DNA of 64,000 nt, from the NCBI GenBank assembly GCA_000182565.2, contig KQ257457.1. The stretch is one strand, 5' to 3'. The stretch comes from Spizellomyces punctatus DAOM BR117 (Eukaryota). The translations under genes and the position numbers were made by a program. How positions within the stretch are numbered: position 1 is the stretch's first letter; each line of letters begins with the position of its first letter. The notes under the pieces are model-generated. The model was not told the DNA's origin. It did no database searches and saw only the letters and a program-made list of their open reading frames with translations. This document shows positions 49,027 to 63,277 of this stretch, piece after piece.

Positions 49027-51533
49027 CTACCGCGCGAAATCTGCTGGTAACACCTCCTCCTCCGCCTCCGACATATCCTCTTCATCTTCCTCATCTTCCT
49101 CGGTGTCCAAGCCACTATCCGTCAACACAATGTCCTCCTTCCTCTTCAACATCCGAGTCTGTCCCAAAAAGGACAATGTGACTGTACATGGCCCCTTTTG
49201 CAACCACGGTTCGCCGTCGACTTGCATGGCCACTTCCGATGCATCAATCTCAATTTTCACAGATTTGGCTTGACCGAGGACTGCAGGAGAGGATAATCCC
49301 ACCACGCTGGCACCCAGGTGTAACGGTGATGCCACAGCCAACACTTCCAGTTTTCCATCATTGAACCGGGACAGGGGGTATCCTTCCGCTTCGGCTGCTG
49401 CATAAATCTTGCCTCCCCCGCCGTATGAAGGGATGTTGAGGATAATGAGTGCACCCATGTCAGTCAAATCAATGGATTCAGTGCTCGAGTCGAGATAGAG
49501 ACTGGACGCGGAGAGGGGTTCATGAGCACCTGGTGAGGGCATGGGTGCATCTTCTCTTTGGCGGTCCGTGGGCGAGTTTTCGTCATCAAGGACGGAAGCA
49601 GACGGCTGGACGTTGCGGACAATGCCCAGTAGGGAAAGAATGTTTTTAAATTGGTGTTTTCCTCCAAATAGGGCGTACCAGACTTTGTTTAACAGTCTAA
49701 AGTATCCACGTCAGAATAGGGTAGTGAAAAGCAACCATATGCCCGTATTACCTGTTGCGAAAAAACTGGGGCTGTCGCAATCGGGTGATGTGAAAATCTA
49801 TATAGCATTTAGTGAGCTCAAAATGAAAGGATACTGCCTTATGAATTCATTCGCACCTAGAGCTACAAATGAAAGAGACAAGGTGAGCATCACAAAATCA
49901 TACACATACGACATACGACCCAAAGGCAAAAGACTCACCAACAGAAGCATCCGTCCCAACGCTAAAATAGTTATTCATGACCATCATTTTCGGCTCCTTC
50001 TTGGAAGTGAGATACAAAGCACGTCCCACTTTTTCAGTAGATGATAAGGGAAATTCCTTTTCTGTAATCGTCACTGTCCACCGATCCAATTCAACTTCAC
50101 GCGCACTATCCACATCTCGTACGATATCCCGAACTTCTTCTCCAGCCCATCCGCCACCCCATCCGAGCACACGGGCAAGGTCGTTTCCTGTTCCGAGGGG
50201 CTACAGGCATAATCAGTACATGTAGTGCATGTGAAAAACTCATGTGCGCACATACCAAAACTCCGACAGGCGGTTTCTTCTTCCCAGGTGGTACGACCTT
50301 GTCCAGAATGGAGATGACCCATTGAATGGTACCGTCCCCGCCGCAAACCAGAACCCTACACCGATCAATGACAGGCTCAAAGGCTCTTATCAATGCTTCG
50401 GGATTTTCTCGTGACGTATCCACGACCTAGCCAACATGATGCTTTAATTGCCACCATGGGCCTATTTCTTGCCATGTGAAGCATACCTGAACTGGATTCA
50501 GTAAGGCAAAGAGACCCCGAAGCAATGCAGCAGAGTTTTGCGCCCCCGACGCAGGATTTACGATACACAGCAACGGTCTGGATCCCTCATCTGGCAATCG
50601 AGTCACACTGAACCGCGGGTCACTTTTTTGAGTTGATCCTCTGGAGGCTTTCGAAATCCGTGTGACGAGGTCCGGGGGAACAACGAGATCGGGAAATGGT
50701 CCCAGAGGACATTTGGTTCTATACTGTGTGAAACAGGTTGTATGGACTGTCACGTCGCACCAGATGCATCGCATGTCTTTTAGGGTTGGCTCGCTTCCCG
50801 CTGATGCATAGCATACTTGACATCGGGCTCCCAATGACAGATTTCCTTCGACCCATTGATGAGCATAGTCTCCTGGTGGTGATGGTAATTCTTGGCTATC
50901 TGCTCGCGTACAGTCCTCATTGGATCCTGTGGAATGGATCGAGTCTTTGCTGTGTTGTCGTTTGACGCCCAGAATGCTAGGTAACGCTGTTGTTGTGTAC
51001 AATCGCTTGCACGGCTAGAGTTGCAAAAATGAGTTAAATCATGCTACAGTAATAATGGCATGCAACGGAACGCACCATGTCTTCCACAAGATTGTGATGT
51101 TCCTTGTGCGCACACCGTCGGCACACCAGGCATGTAATACCTTGAACCACCAACCCGCTACACGCCTACAAAGTCGTCAGTTGCTGGTGCTACTCAAAAT
51201 TCTCTTTGAACCTCTTCTTACATTACAATAAGCCGGTCCCTGTCCATGGTCCAGCAACAGCATATCCCCTCTCACCCACACATGTTCGAAATTTCGTTGT
51301 TTGGCGGACGCCGTCCATCGCGCTGTCGCAGGGGTATACGAAGATATTTTGGGAAAATATAAATAGACAAACAAGTAGACACCGGTTGCGATGCCTAGAG
51401 AGATGGCCCACAAGGCGCCCGTGTAGCCGACAAGGGAACTAACGCTTGTAAAGAGGGCCGCGCCAAGTGTTCGCACGGCTGAGAGGATATTGAAACATGC
51501 GGCGAGGAGGTCAATGAATATGGAGAATATCAT
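49027..51533 (-). CDS. ATP-dependent diacylglycerol kinase, DGK-epsilon-like (N-terminal TM, two C1 domains, DAGKc/DAGKa)
   Basis: N-terminal hydrophobic helix; C1a HVW..CNACSG..CLVCRRCAH; C1b HQWVEGN..CQVC..CIWCDVTVHTTC; VNPASG, CGGDGT, PLGTGNDLAR, MNNYFSVGTDA, NIPSYGGG, DGKLEV, MQVDGEPW; acidic tail. Confidence 0.92.
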
Positions 51534-52447
51534 GGTGAGGATGTTTGGGTGTGTTTGTGTGGAGGAAATATGGAGTATAAATGTCCTTTCATGAGCAATG
51601 AACGTTGCGAAATTGTAAGATCTGGGGAAAAGCAAGAGCTGATACGACCGCGACTGTTCAGCGGATTACGCGTTGGTTGGAACATGGTTGGAATGTCGCA
51701 TGACATCAACGGAGTGTCGTCGCTTTTGGGCATCGCCATTAACAATCGGGTTTTACACACACACACACACACAAACAGTCAAGGGAAAAGATCATGTAGG
51801 AGAAGAAAGTAATACGCTCTCGAAGCCGTTTACAGCAAGCCAAGCACACATCTGAGACAAGCTACGTTGGGGACATGTGCTGTTCAAGATCATCATATCT
51901 CGGAACGCTACATGCACGCCGTCGCGCAACAGAATGGCCCATGTTAAGCCCACGGTAGGCCCATTGGGTTAAACTTTCATGTTTTAACGTTGTTCAAACA
52001 TTGGGCTTTCACGAAAGGAACACTTGTCATAGTCGTCTCCTGGTTCAAATGAGGTTCCATCCACTCAGAATGTCCATAAATGCCGTTGCCATAGGCAACA
52101 AAATTATAACTCTGATGATAAACTCGCCCTTTGGAAAGCAGCAGCAGCGCTGCGAAGACGCTGTTGGGGAGAAGCTGGCTGATGTGGGTTCGCATCTCTT
52201 CTGCATAGTTTTTTCCGTGTTTCCATTTTGCTCTCGATCCGTGCGTCTCGTTACCATCCTATCGAATACGTACCTCAGAGTTATCAAAAGAAAGCAAAGT
52301 TACTACTCTTTCTGTTGTGGGATTTTCAGTTTTGTGTAAACGAGATTATTGCTGACCCCTGCGATTCTACACCCCCTCCTGCACACACACATACACTCAA
52401 AACGCACGCTGATTCGACCTGTCTTACTCGTTTGAACGCTGTAAAAC

Positions 52448-55250
<2,803 letters not shown>

Positions 55251-55596
55251 TGTGTATATATTATTTTTTTTTTCGTTTTTATTTGAACATAGGTTTGTGG
55301 TGTCGTGGGATTGTGTTTGTGTTTTGAGATATCACTTTATTTGTGGTATGGAAGGACGGGAATCCCATTGGCGAGTTTTCTATGCGTATGGTCCAATCAT
55401 TGCGGTATGCAAGCGTAATTGTGCATGTTCTCGAATCAATGGTCCTGGGGGCTTTGTGACGTACTGCGCTAAAAAGGAAAAAGATGTGTCCTATGCAATC
55501 GGATCGGGTCGTATATATTAATAGGGTGGACAGGTATACAAAAAGCAAAAAGAAAAATATAATGTGTACCACAAAATACAGTCCATCATTAAACTA

Positions 55597-57279
55597 TCAT
55601 CTTCCACGCTTAACCTGCTTAATCCATCCCATCTCAACAAAAAAATCATAAATTCGACTTGTCTTATTGACATCAATTTTAATCAACTCGCGACACTGTC
55701 GACGACGTAGTGACCCCGTTTTTGCGTATTCTTTTAGAATTGTTTCTTTGATGACGAGGTAGGATTTGGGGAAGAGGCGGAGGTGGGTGCAGAGTTGTTG
55801 TTCGGTAGGTGTGAGAAGGTCTAGCCCTTCTGCATGGGAAATGTCGAGTGGTGCGGCGGGTTTGCGTGCGAGGGTGGTGGGTGTGGGTGTGGGTGGGGGT
55901 TTGGTGATGGGTGTGCGGGGGAGAGGGGTTTCGTCGCGGTGGCGGTTGGAGAAGCGGGCAGCGGTGAGGCGCGGGACGTCACGATCGCGTTTGTCGCGTT
56001 CAAAAGGTTCAATGTCTCGGCGGGAGGTGAGGCCCATTCGACGATATTCTTGGAGTTGGGCGATTTCGTCGCGGAGTTTCATTTCGTCTATAATGAGTGG
56101 TGTTAGCATTGATGATTACCATGGCATATACAATAGGATGGACGTTGCCGCGCGCATACGTACTGAGTAGCCCAGCCATGAGATCTTCAAAATCCTGCTT
56201 GGTCTGCATTTTTGAAAAGACGCGCATACGCTGATAAACTTCCTTTTCCTCCTTGGACCGTTTCTTTTCAAGTTGCTGAAGTTTACGAAAGTCTGTCAAT
56301 TCCCGCTCAAACACAAACTGCTTCCGTTCGGCCCGCCGATCGAGTGCAGCATTGTAAATCCCAAACATGGCCATTTTGAGTGCGGTGTCCTGTTGCGTGT
56401 CCGTTTCAAGGAATTCAAGGTCTTTGATAAGTTGCTCTGCGTCGTTTTCGCATTCGATTTCGAATTCGCGCCGGCCGGGCATGTAGCCGTGGATCTCGTG
56501 GTTCCCGGGAACGCTGGAAGGTGGGCGCTCGGTTTTGGGGATTTTTTTCGGCGGGCCTCTGTTGTGCGACAGACGTTTTGTGTGATCTAGCTGAACCGAC
56601 ATATTCTGTTCAGAGTGAGATGTGCATTTGTGAGTGAGTGAACTCTGGGCGATCATCGAATCGCACACAAATACGTGCTCGCCGCACGGCAGCAGGCATA
56701 GCCAGAGCTGTACAAGCGCTACTCACAGGGATAGGAAAAGTATCACTCTTGAGATAGACCCTCTCATAATGACCAGCGCACTCTCGTCTATTCTTTGTCC
56801 CAATTTGCTCGGCCACCTGTTCCCAGTTCCCGAGCCCGTACTGTTCAATGGCTGTCACCAATTTAAGCTCTTCGTCTGCGCCCCAGTCTGCTTCAAAGAT
56901 GGGAAAATCAAGCATTTCCTAAATGATGGTTAAAACATATGCATATTTGTAACGGCCGCTCAGAAGAGCATACCATGACACGATAGCTGTGGTTCGCCAA
57001 GTGCGACGATCCAGGTGGCTCGGCACCATGGCCAAAACAAGCGACGCACAAGTCAAAATCGGGACATTCGGCGCAGCGTATGCGAACAAGGTTGCTAATA
57101 TCCTTTGTGCATGCGTCGCAGTGAAACTGTTGGCCAAATTCCTTTTCCACTACAAGTGTGTTTTGCTTCCAACGTTAGATTCATCATGTCTCGGGTCAAA
57201 AGTCAAAGGTACACATACCCTGTCTCGCCACAGAGTCTTCCTCTGTTCCCTTGTCTCTGTCCTCTCCCAATGTCCTCAT
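55597..57279 (-). CDS. ADA2: Transcriptional adaptor Ada2 (ZZ-SANT-SWIRM)
   Basis: CDACTKDISNLVRIRCAECPDFDLCVACF (ZZ); WGADEELKLV..GLGNWEQVAEQIG (SANT); GYMPGRREFE; IKIDVNKTSRIYDFFVEMGW (SWIRM). First exon 57279-57219 is inferred. Confidence 0.95.
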
Positions 57280-58152
57280 GGTTCAACCTCAAGCACACTC
57301 ATGTGTGTCTATGGATGGAGGCGGAAAGCAAGAGATGGAATGCAGTGGATGACCTCTGCAGATGTGTCAGCATGAATGTCATGTGACTCATGTCCACGTG
57401 ATGCTCATCAGAGAGGATCTTTTTCTAAGGCAAATACGACGGCCTTTTTCATGCCATCGCATGGCTTGTGTTCAAGTAGCACATCTGGATTGGGGGGTAG
57501 GACTGAATAAGAGTTTTGTATTGCTGATGCTTTTGTCAAAATCAAGATTCCTTCCATGTCCTGCATTGTGAGAAACCAACATGGGCGATCAACCATCTTG
57601 TAATCCAGTCGAGAGTCAATGGATACTCACAGGAGAACTCGGCCCACCTCAAATTGCCTACTGAAATAGCGCATTGAACATTGTTCCGTCCTATGGACGA
57701 CCATCGGACCAGGAGATGTTGTCCGAATACAATGCCTGGTCATGTGACTGCTAGTCAATACACAGCCTCGTCGCAGCGATGCGCCGACAGCACACACACA
57801 ACTTGTCACTGCCCATGCATGCAGGTTCACCACCAGCCCCCCGCCAGATGCTTTGCATACGGTGCTCCCGATAGCCTATTGAGTATGCAATTAAGATCCA
57901 CACTTGGTTTTTTGGGAAGATTCAGCGTAGTGTGCAATAGAACACTCCTCCATTCGATACCATCCTTTGCCTGTGTATCTGATGCATATAAACGAAAATC
58001 ACCTTTTTGCATAGCCCCCCATCGTTTATCATCATCATTGTGAAGCATCGTTCCAAAACGTCTCCCCATTCTGCCGTTCGAACGTGGTGTGGAATTCCCT
58101 TGCCATGGGGAGATCGTCCACCCAAAGGGCGTTGCTCAGCCCAATCATCTCT

Positions 58153-58225
58153 CCATATATGGCTATATTACCAATGCACAGCAATCTCTCTCCTTGACTC
58201 TGCCACCTCATATAGCCATATATGG
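58153..58225. promoter_or_regulatory. Perfect 16-bp inverted repeat containing two CArG boxes (CCATATATGG) upstream of tyrosinase
   Basis: ccatatatggctatat (58153-58168) and atatagccatatatgg (58210-58225). CC(A/T)6GG is the MADS-box consensus. Function is inferred. Confidence 0.5.
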
Positions 58226-58511
58226 AACAGATTGCACAGTTTGTCCGATTCGGACAGCCACAAGGCACAAGAAAAACGACGACGACGACGGGGGAGGAAG
58301 GGGCGAAGTCAAAAGGGAGGCTTTGCGCCATTGCACCCAGGATTTTTTATAAAGGACGGGACGGGTCGGCTTTTCTTTGGTTTTTTTAACGCACGACTCG
58401 AGAACAGGTTTATCTTTTTTTTTTGCACGTCACTGGCTGACGCTCAAACGGCATACATACACATAACAAGGGCTCAGCCATTCATACCCACGGAACGACC
58501 GTTCAACAGAC

Positions 58512-60284
58512 ATGGTCAAGATTGCGGCTCTCTTACTTGTGTTGACGGCGTCGCTGGTGGCCGCTCAAGACCAGCGCCCGCCGAGAAACGGGGAAGGAGG
58601 GAACCAACGCTCTCCTCAACGAAGTGAAAACGGTGGTGGCAGCAGAAATGGTGGTGGCGGTGGAAATAATCGAAACACTGAAGGCCCAGAGCCAAAACTC
58701 TCGGGTCTCGGTCAGTGCACCAACCCCATCGTTCGAAAAGAGTTTCGAGAGCTTACGGAACAAGAGCGTCAGGAATACATTGAAGCAACTCTCTGTCTCC
58801 GCGACCCGGTCCGATCGCCCTCGCGTCTCCCAGGGACCGGAAGTCCCTCTCTTTGGGACGACCTTGTCTATGTCCACTGGCAAGCGACACCCCAGTCCCA
58901 CGGAACTGCCTCCTTTTTGCCCTGGCACAGGCGATTCCTCGGAGTCTACGAATGGCTCTTGAGGTCAAATTGCGGCTACAGAGGTGCTCTTGTTTACTGG
59001 GACTGGTCCTACGACTCACAAGCTCCCGAACGCTCAGAAATCTTTTCACCCCAGTACTTTGGCGGCAACGGTGACCCTTCCAACAATTGGTGCCTTCGTG
59101 ACGGTCACTACAAGGACTGGAAAGCCGTCTTTCCTCCGGAACGTCCTCGCCCTTGCATCTCGCGCAACTGGCGCGGCCCCAACCGGCTGCCAGCTCTCCT
59201 TTCCGACATTGAAATTGAAGAAATCCTTGAAAGTTCCAAGGATTCCTACAACTCCTTTAGGGAGAATGTTGAAGGTCTTCCCCATGACCAAGTCCACGTC
59301 TCAATTGGTGGGGACATGTCCTCCACATCCAGTTCCACCAACGACCCAGTCTTTTTCTTGCACCACTGCAACATTGACCGTCTTTGGGACAAATGGCAGC
59401 GTGAAAATCCCGAATTGGCCAACACCTTTGAAGGCCCTCGTGACCGAAGCGCTCCCGAAGACTTGAACGCCCTCGACACGGACCCAATGGAAATGATCCG
59501 TCTCTACCCCGACGCCCCCGTCCGTGACATGTTTTCTACGACCGCGGGCGACATTTTCTGCTACACGTACTCCAACAGCATTGTCCCCAACTCTGTTTCA
59601 CCCGGCCAAGCCCGCGTGTCACGGCCCAGTCGCCGCAGCCTTGCCGAAGGCTTCCGTGCATGGCGCAACGAGCGTATCGCAAACTTCAACGCTTATTCAT
59701 ACGCTTCCTACCAATCCGCTACAGGTGACTCCCAACGCGGTTCCCCCAATAACCCCAAAACGCCCGACGTCTACGACCGTACGGACCTGTACAATATCCG
59801 CTACCATGAACCCATTCCCGATGACTTTTTACGTGTCCAAATGGGCTACCCCGAATCCCGTGTCCAGGAAATCCGGAACCAAGAAGCTTATTTCACCGAA
59901 TTTGTCGATTACGTCAATATGGCATCTGGCTGGATTTCTCATACCGCCTTGGTGTACATTGAACAAAAGACGGGATGGCGTGCATGTTCAGATGAAGAGT
60001 CGCAGTTGAACACCATGTTGCGCAAAATGTTTTGTCAGAGCATTCATAACGTGTTGGGCAAGCTGCATGTTAAGGCCAAGGATGTTGTCAAGGTGTTGGA
60101 CACTATTGGTGATGTTGTTAGGAATGGTGGGCGTGGCCGTGGATCGCAACAGTATCCTCAGCAATACCCTCAACAGTATCCTCAGCAGTACCCTCAGCAC
60201 GGGGGTAGCGGATACCCACCTCAAAGTCCAAACTACCCTGCCTTACACCCGAGCTTTTATTCGAGTGAGGCGACGCACTGGTAA
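58512..60284 (+). CDS. Secreted tyrosinase (type-3 di-copper protein), intronless
   Basis: Signal peptide; VRKEFRELT; CuA VH..SHGTASFLPWHR; YWDW; CuB PHDQVH..GGDM..DPVFFLHHCNIDRLW; CYTY motif; C-terminal extension with QQYP x4. Confidence 0.95.
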   Translation: MVKIAALLLVLTASLVAAQDQRPPRNGEGGNQRSPQRSENGGGSRNGGGGGNNRNTEGPEPKLSGLGQCTNPIVRKEFRELTEQERQEYIEATLCLRDPVRSPSRLPGTGSPSLWDDLVYVHWQATPQSHGTASFLPWHRRFLGVYEWLLRSNCGYRGALVYWDWSYDSQAPERSEIFSPQYFGGNGDPSNNWCLRDGHYKDWKAVFPPERPRPCISRNWRGPNRLPALLSDIEIEEILESSKDSYNSFRENVEGLPHDQVHVSIGGDMSSTSSSTNDPVFFLHHCNIDRLWDKWQRENPELANTFEGPRDRSAPEDLNALDTDPMEMIRLYPDAPVRDMFSTTAGDIFCYTYSNSIVPNSVSPGQARVSRPSRRSLAEGFRAWRNERIANFNAYSYASYQSATGDSQRGSPNNPKTPDVYDRTDLYNIRYHEPIPDDFLRVQMGYPESRVQEIRNQEAYFTEFVDYVNMASGWISHTALVYIEQKTGWRACSDEESQLNTMLRKMFCQSIHNVLGKLHVKAKDVVKVLDTIGDVVRNGGRGRGSQQYPQQYPQQYPQQYPQHGGSGYPPQSPNYPALHPSFYSSEATHW

Positions 60285-61039
60285 ATGATGGTTCTGATTC
60301 GCAAAAGGAGGCTGTATTCGCGGAGATGGCGCTCGGGATGGGAACGTACATTCGATTGTTGATGTGTGTATATATGTACGTAAGGACGTTGTAAAAGTGG
60401 ATGATATATTTTTGTTTTTCGAATACATGGAAGAGTTTCTTCAGTACAATGGGTTGTTTTTTTTGCTGCCAATGTTTTCTGTGGATGAATGAAAGGATTT
60501 GAGGACTTGGAAAAAGAATGAAGGGACATTGCAATTTCATGTCCAGATGCATTCGGATTTTGCGTTGCGTTGCATATCTCTCTCAAGCGATCAAGACTGC
60601 TCAATCAATTCAAAGCTGCGCTGGTTTATTTCCGAGATTTCGGCCAAGAGTAGGGACTGTGGGTTTGTTGAGAGGTGTGTTTGATTTCCTCTACAAAAAA
60701 AGTCCAGTAGACGCAGTCTTTTGATGGAAAGGATACCGAGTTCTGAGTAGATTTTTCGTCCGCGGATGGGTACTCCACTAGAAAGGCATCGTACACTTCT
60801 GTAAAGTTTTAATGTAGGAGCTTTCTCGCTTGTGGTCAGAAAGATCAGTTACGCTCGTTTTATTTCCTTCACACTGTGCAATAAAAGTAGCTAGATCACG
60901 CAAGATTCGTTGTCGGATGCTTTCTAACTATGGTAAAGGCCCACAGTACTGCCACATAATATTTGCAATCAAACTCCCCACTCTGCACTGAATGGCAAAT
61001 CGTCCATACGAAGCATGGTACAGCAAGAAACCTGATATC

Positions 61040-61830
61040 AGCCACCTACGCGTATGGAGATGCATCGCATACCGCATGCGTCCATATTCCGAAAGAAGTC
61101 AGGGAAAAAGGTAAACTTGGCCCACATGGTCGAAAAGTTCCCTTTGTAGGCTATGACGGCGGCGTGAAAGGTTATGGCATGTGGGACTGCATCTCCAACA
61201 AGATTTAAACCACATGAGATATCAAATTCGACGAAACTCGCACCCACCACCACCTTCCCCACCCCGTCAAAACCTCCTGTCATCCGTTGCTGAACTAAGA
61301 GGGGGACAACAAGACATTTGGCTCCACGATCAGCCCATCACTTTTTCAATAATTGCCTGAAAATCTTCCCGCACTGGCCACTGAAGAACCTGATGATTTC
61401 ATTTTCGAGAAATACATCCATTTCGACGCAACGCCTGGCGAATGGGCAGGCTTAACTCTGCTGCCGTACACTGTCATAGATGTAGTCTCGTTCAAGTCCG
61501 AGTTCAGAAAAGCTGTGACAACGTCAACTTGATGAACTTTAAAAGCTTTGCTGGCTGCGTAAGCGAAAAGAGTCTGAACGCTGGTCATCCTGGCAGCAGC
61601 GATCAACAACTCTTGCTTTGAAGGGTTGAATTGAAAAGTCTGCGTTCCGCTTGACCTTGTAAACCAGTCAACAGGAGATGGGATTTTCTACCTTGAGCTT
61701 ATTTTCATCGACAAGTTCCCATGCTTTATTGTCTTCAGCGCCTGAAATTCAGCGAGTGTGGCCTGTTTCCATTCACCGGCGTGTGGATCTTGTTTCCGGG
61801 TCAGACGAAACGAGGTTGTGCGTTCCGCGT
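61040..61830. mobile_element. Degenerate Ty1/Copia retrotransposon relic with integrase C-terminus (+) and RT (-) in opposite orientations
   Basis: Plus strand: VHIPKEVREKGKLGPHGRKVPFVGYDGGVKGYGMWD..KI..DIKFDE. Minus strand: EWKQATLAEFQALK, VYKVKRNAD, ARMTSVQTLFAYAASKAFKVHQVDVVTAFLNSDLNE. Confidence 0.88.
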
Positions 61831-62244
61831 CTGAAAGATCCGAGGCTGGTTGGTGGGTTAGCAGATCAGGATGAACGTTCGCAAGTACATGTCGCTGAGC
61901 TTGATTGTTTGGGATGGAATGCCAACCCAATGAGGTTCATATCGTTCATCTTGGGTTTTCATGTTAACACAGCAAAGAACACCACCTTCACACTTGTGAT
62001 GACATAAGCAGATCATAAGCCAGGGGGCGACGCACAATTTTCGGACAGCCCTTCCTGCAGGGCAACCGCTTTTTGCAAGGGGACGGACCTTGCGCGCGGG
62101 CTTGTTTTTTCGCTGTCGATTTGAGTTTGCCAAACGACCATTGTCGTTTCTTTCCCGCCCTTGTCTAGTTTTTTGGTGGAAATCCGTGTGTTTTGAATAA
62201 ATAATCGGCGGGCTTCTCCTTTGTCCTCCTTATCCTTTCGAACC

Positions 62245-62784
62245 ATGGAAGGCCCACACGTGCCCCTCAAACCCCGTAAATCCATATCCTTCCCAATTTT
62301 GACCTCGTCGTCGGCTCCTTCCGCACCGATGCCCCCGCCACGTTCAGGACGTAAAGGATTCCTACGGTCTTTTGCGTCCTTGCTGGATTTAAGGCCCTTC
62401 AAACATGTTGGAGTTGCCTCAGCGCCGTCACCACAACCACCCGCTGGAGCGCCGCCACCGTTACCCCCGAAAGAACACCCTCCCAAACATCGCCTCCGCA
62501 CCATGCTCAGCACGCCCATGCTCAATAAATTTCGTTCCCCCAAACCCGCCCCTACGCACCATATAGACCCGTCGCCTCCAATCCGCACCAAAATGTCGCT
62601 TGACCTGGATCGCCGAATGGCGTGGAAAGTACTACGAGATGTACCAATGATTGAGACAGTACAGGAAACTGAGGAGGAAGATGAAGAATTGCCGGATTTT
62701 GAAGACATGATTCGAGGAGATGCGACTATCAAGGTTTGTTTAACGCCAGAAGAGTTGGATGGTGTACCTGTGGCTGCCTGTTGA
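62245..62784 (+). CDS. Hypothetical Pro-rich protein
   Basis: ATG in accATGg context, PPPLPPK motif, acidic patch and C-terminal DFEDMIRGDATIKVCLTP. No known domain recognised. Confidence 0.6.
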   Translation: MEGPHVPLKPRKSISFPILTSSSAPSAPMPPPRSGRKGFLRSFASLLDLRPFKHVGVASAPSPQPPAGAPPPLPPKEHPPKHRLRTMLSTPMLNKFRSPKPAPTHHIDPSPPIRTKMSLDLDRRMAWKVLRDVPMIETVQETEEEDEELPDFEDMIRGDATIKVCLTPEELDGVPVAAC

Positions 62785-63277
62785 ATAGTCATGGCATACG
62801 CTGTTGGTTGTAAATTGGACGAGGACGGGTACATATCCATTATCAAACAACCAGATGGATATTGTGAAACCTCGAGAAAGAGTCTGGGGACGTAATATGG
62901 TGGAAGGTGTTGCAAACCTCTGCTGAGAGCTTGCATGCACTCATCGTCTTGATGGACGGGATACCCGCGATACGTACCATTTTTATGACACTACTTGTTA
63001 GATCTGTTTAATGTATGATGATTAGACATTGATTAGAGTATGTAGAAATCCGTTTTGTAGTTTTTTAGTGGTATAATTGTTGGTAATGTTTTAATAAGTC
63101 GTCGTAGTTGTCTTGACCTTTGTCCATCGTCGTCGTTTCTCCAGCAGTTCTACACGTGACTTTGAGCCGTGATGGCTTAGTAGACAAAGGGAATTGCTTT
63201 GACAAGCGCGGAGTCGACGTTTGGTTTTTTGTTTTGCGAACGTTCGGCATTCGTTTTCCATGCATTCCAGTCGCACC

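Noticed and set aside
62013-62936. 307-aa minus-strand ORF
   Set aside because: Overlaps the more protein-like plus-strand ORF, has no domain, and reads as its antisense mirror.
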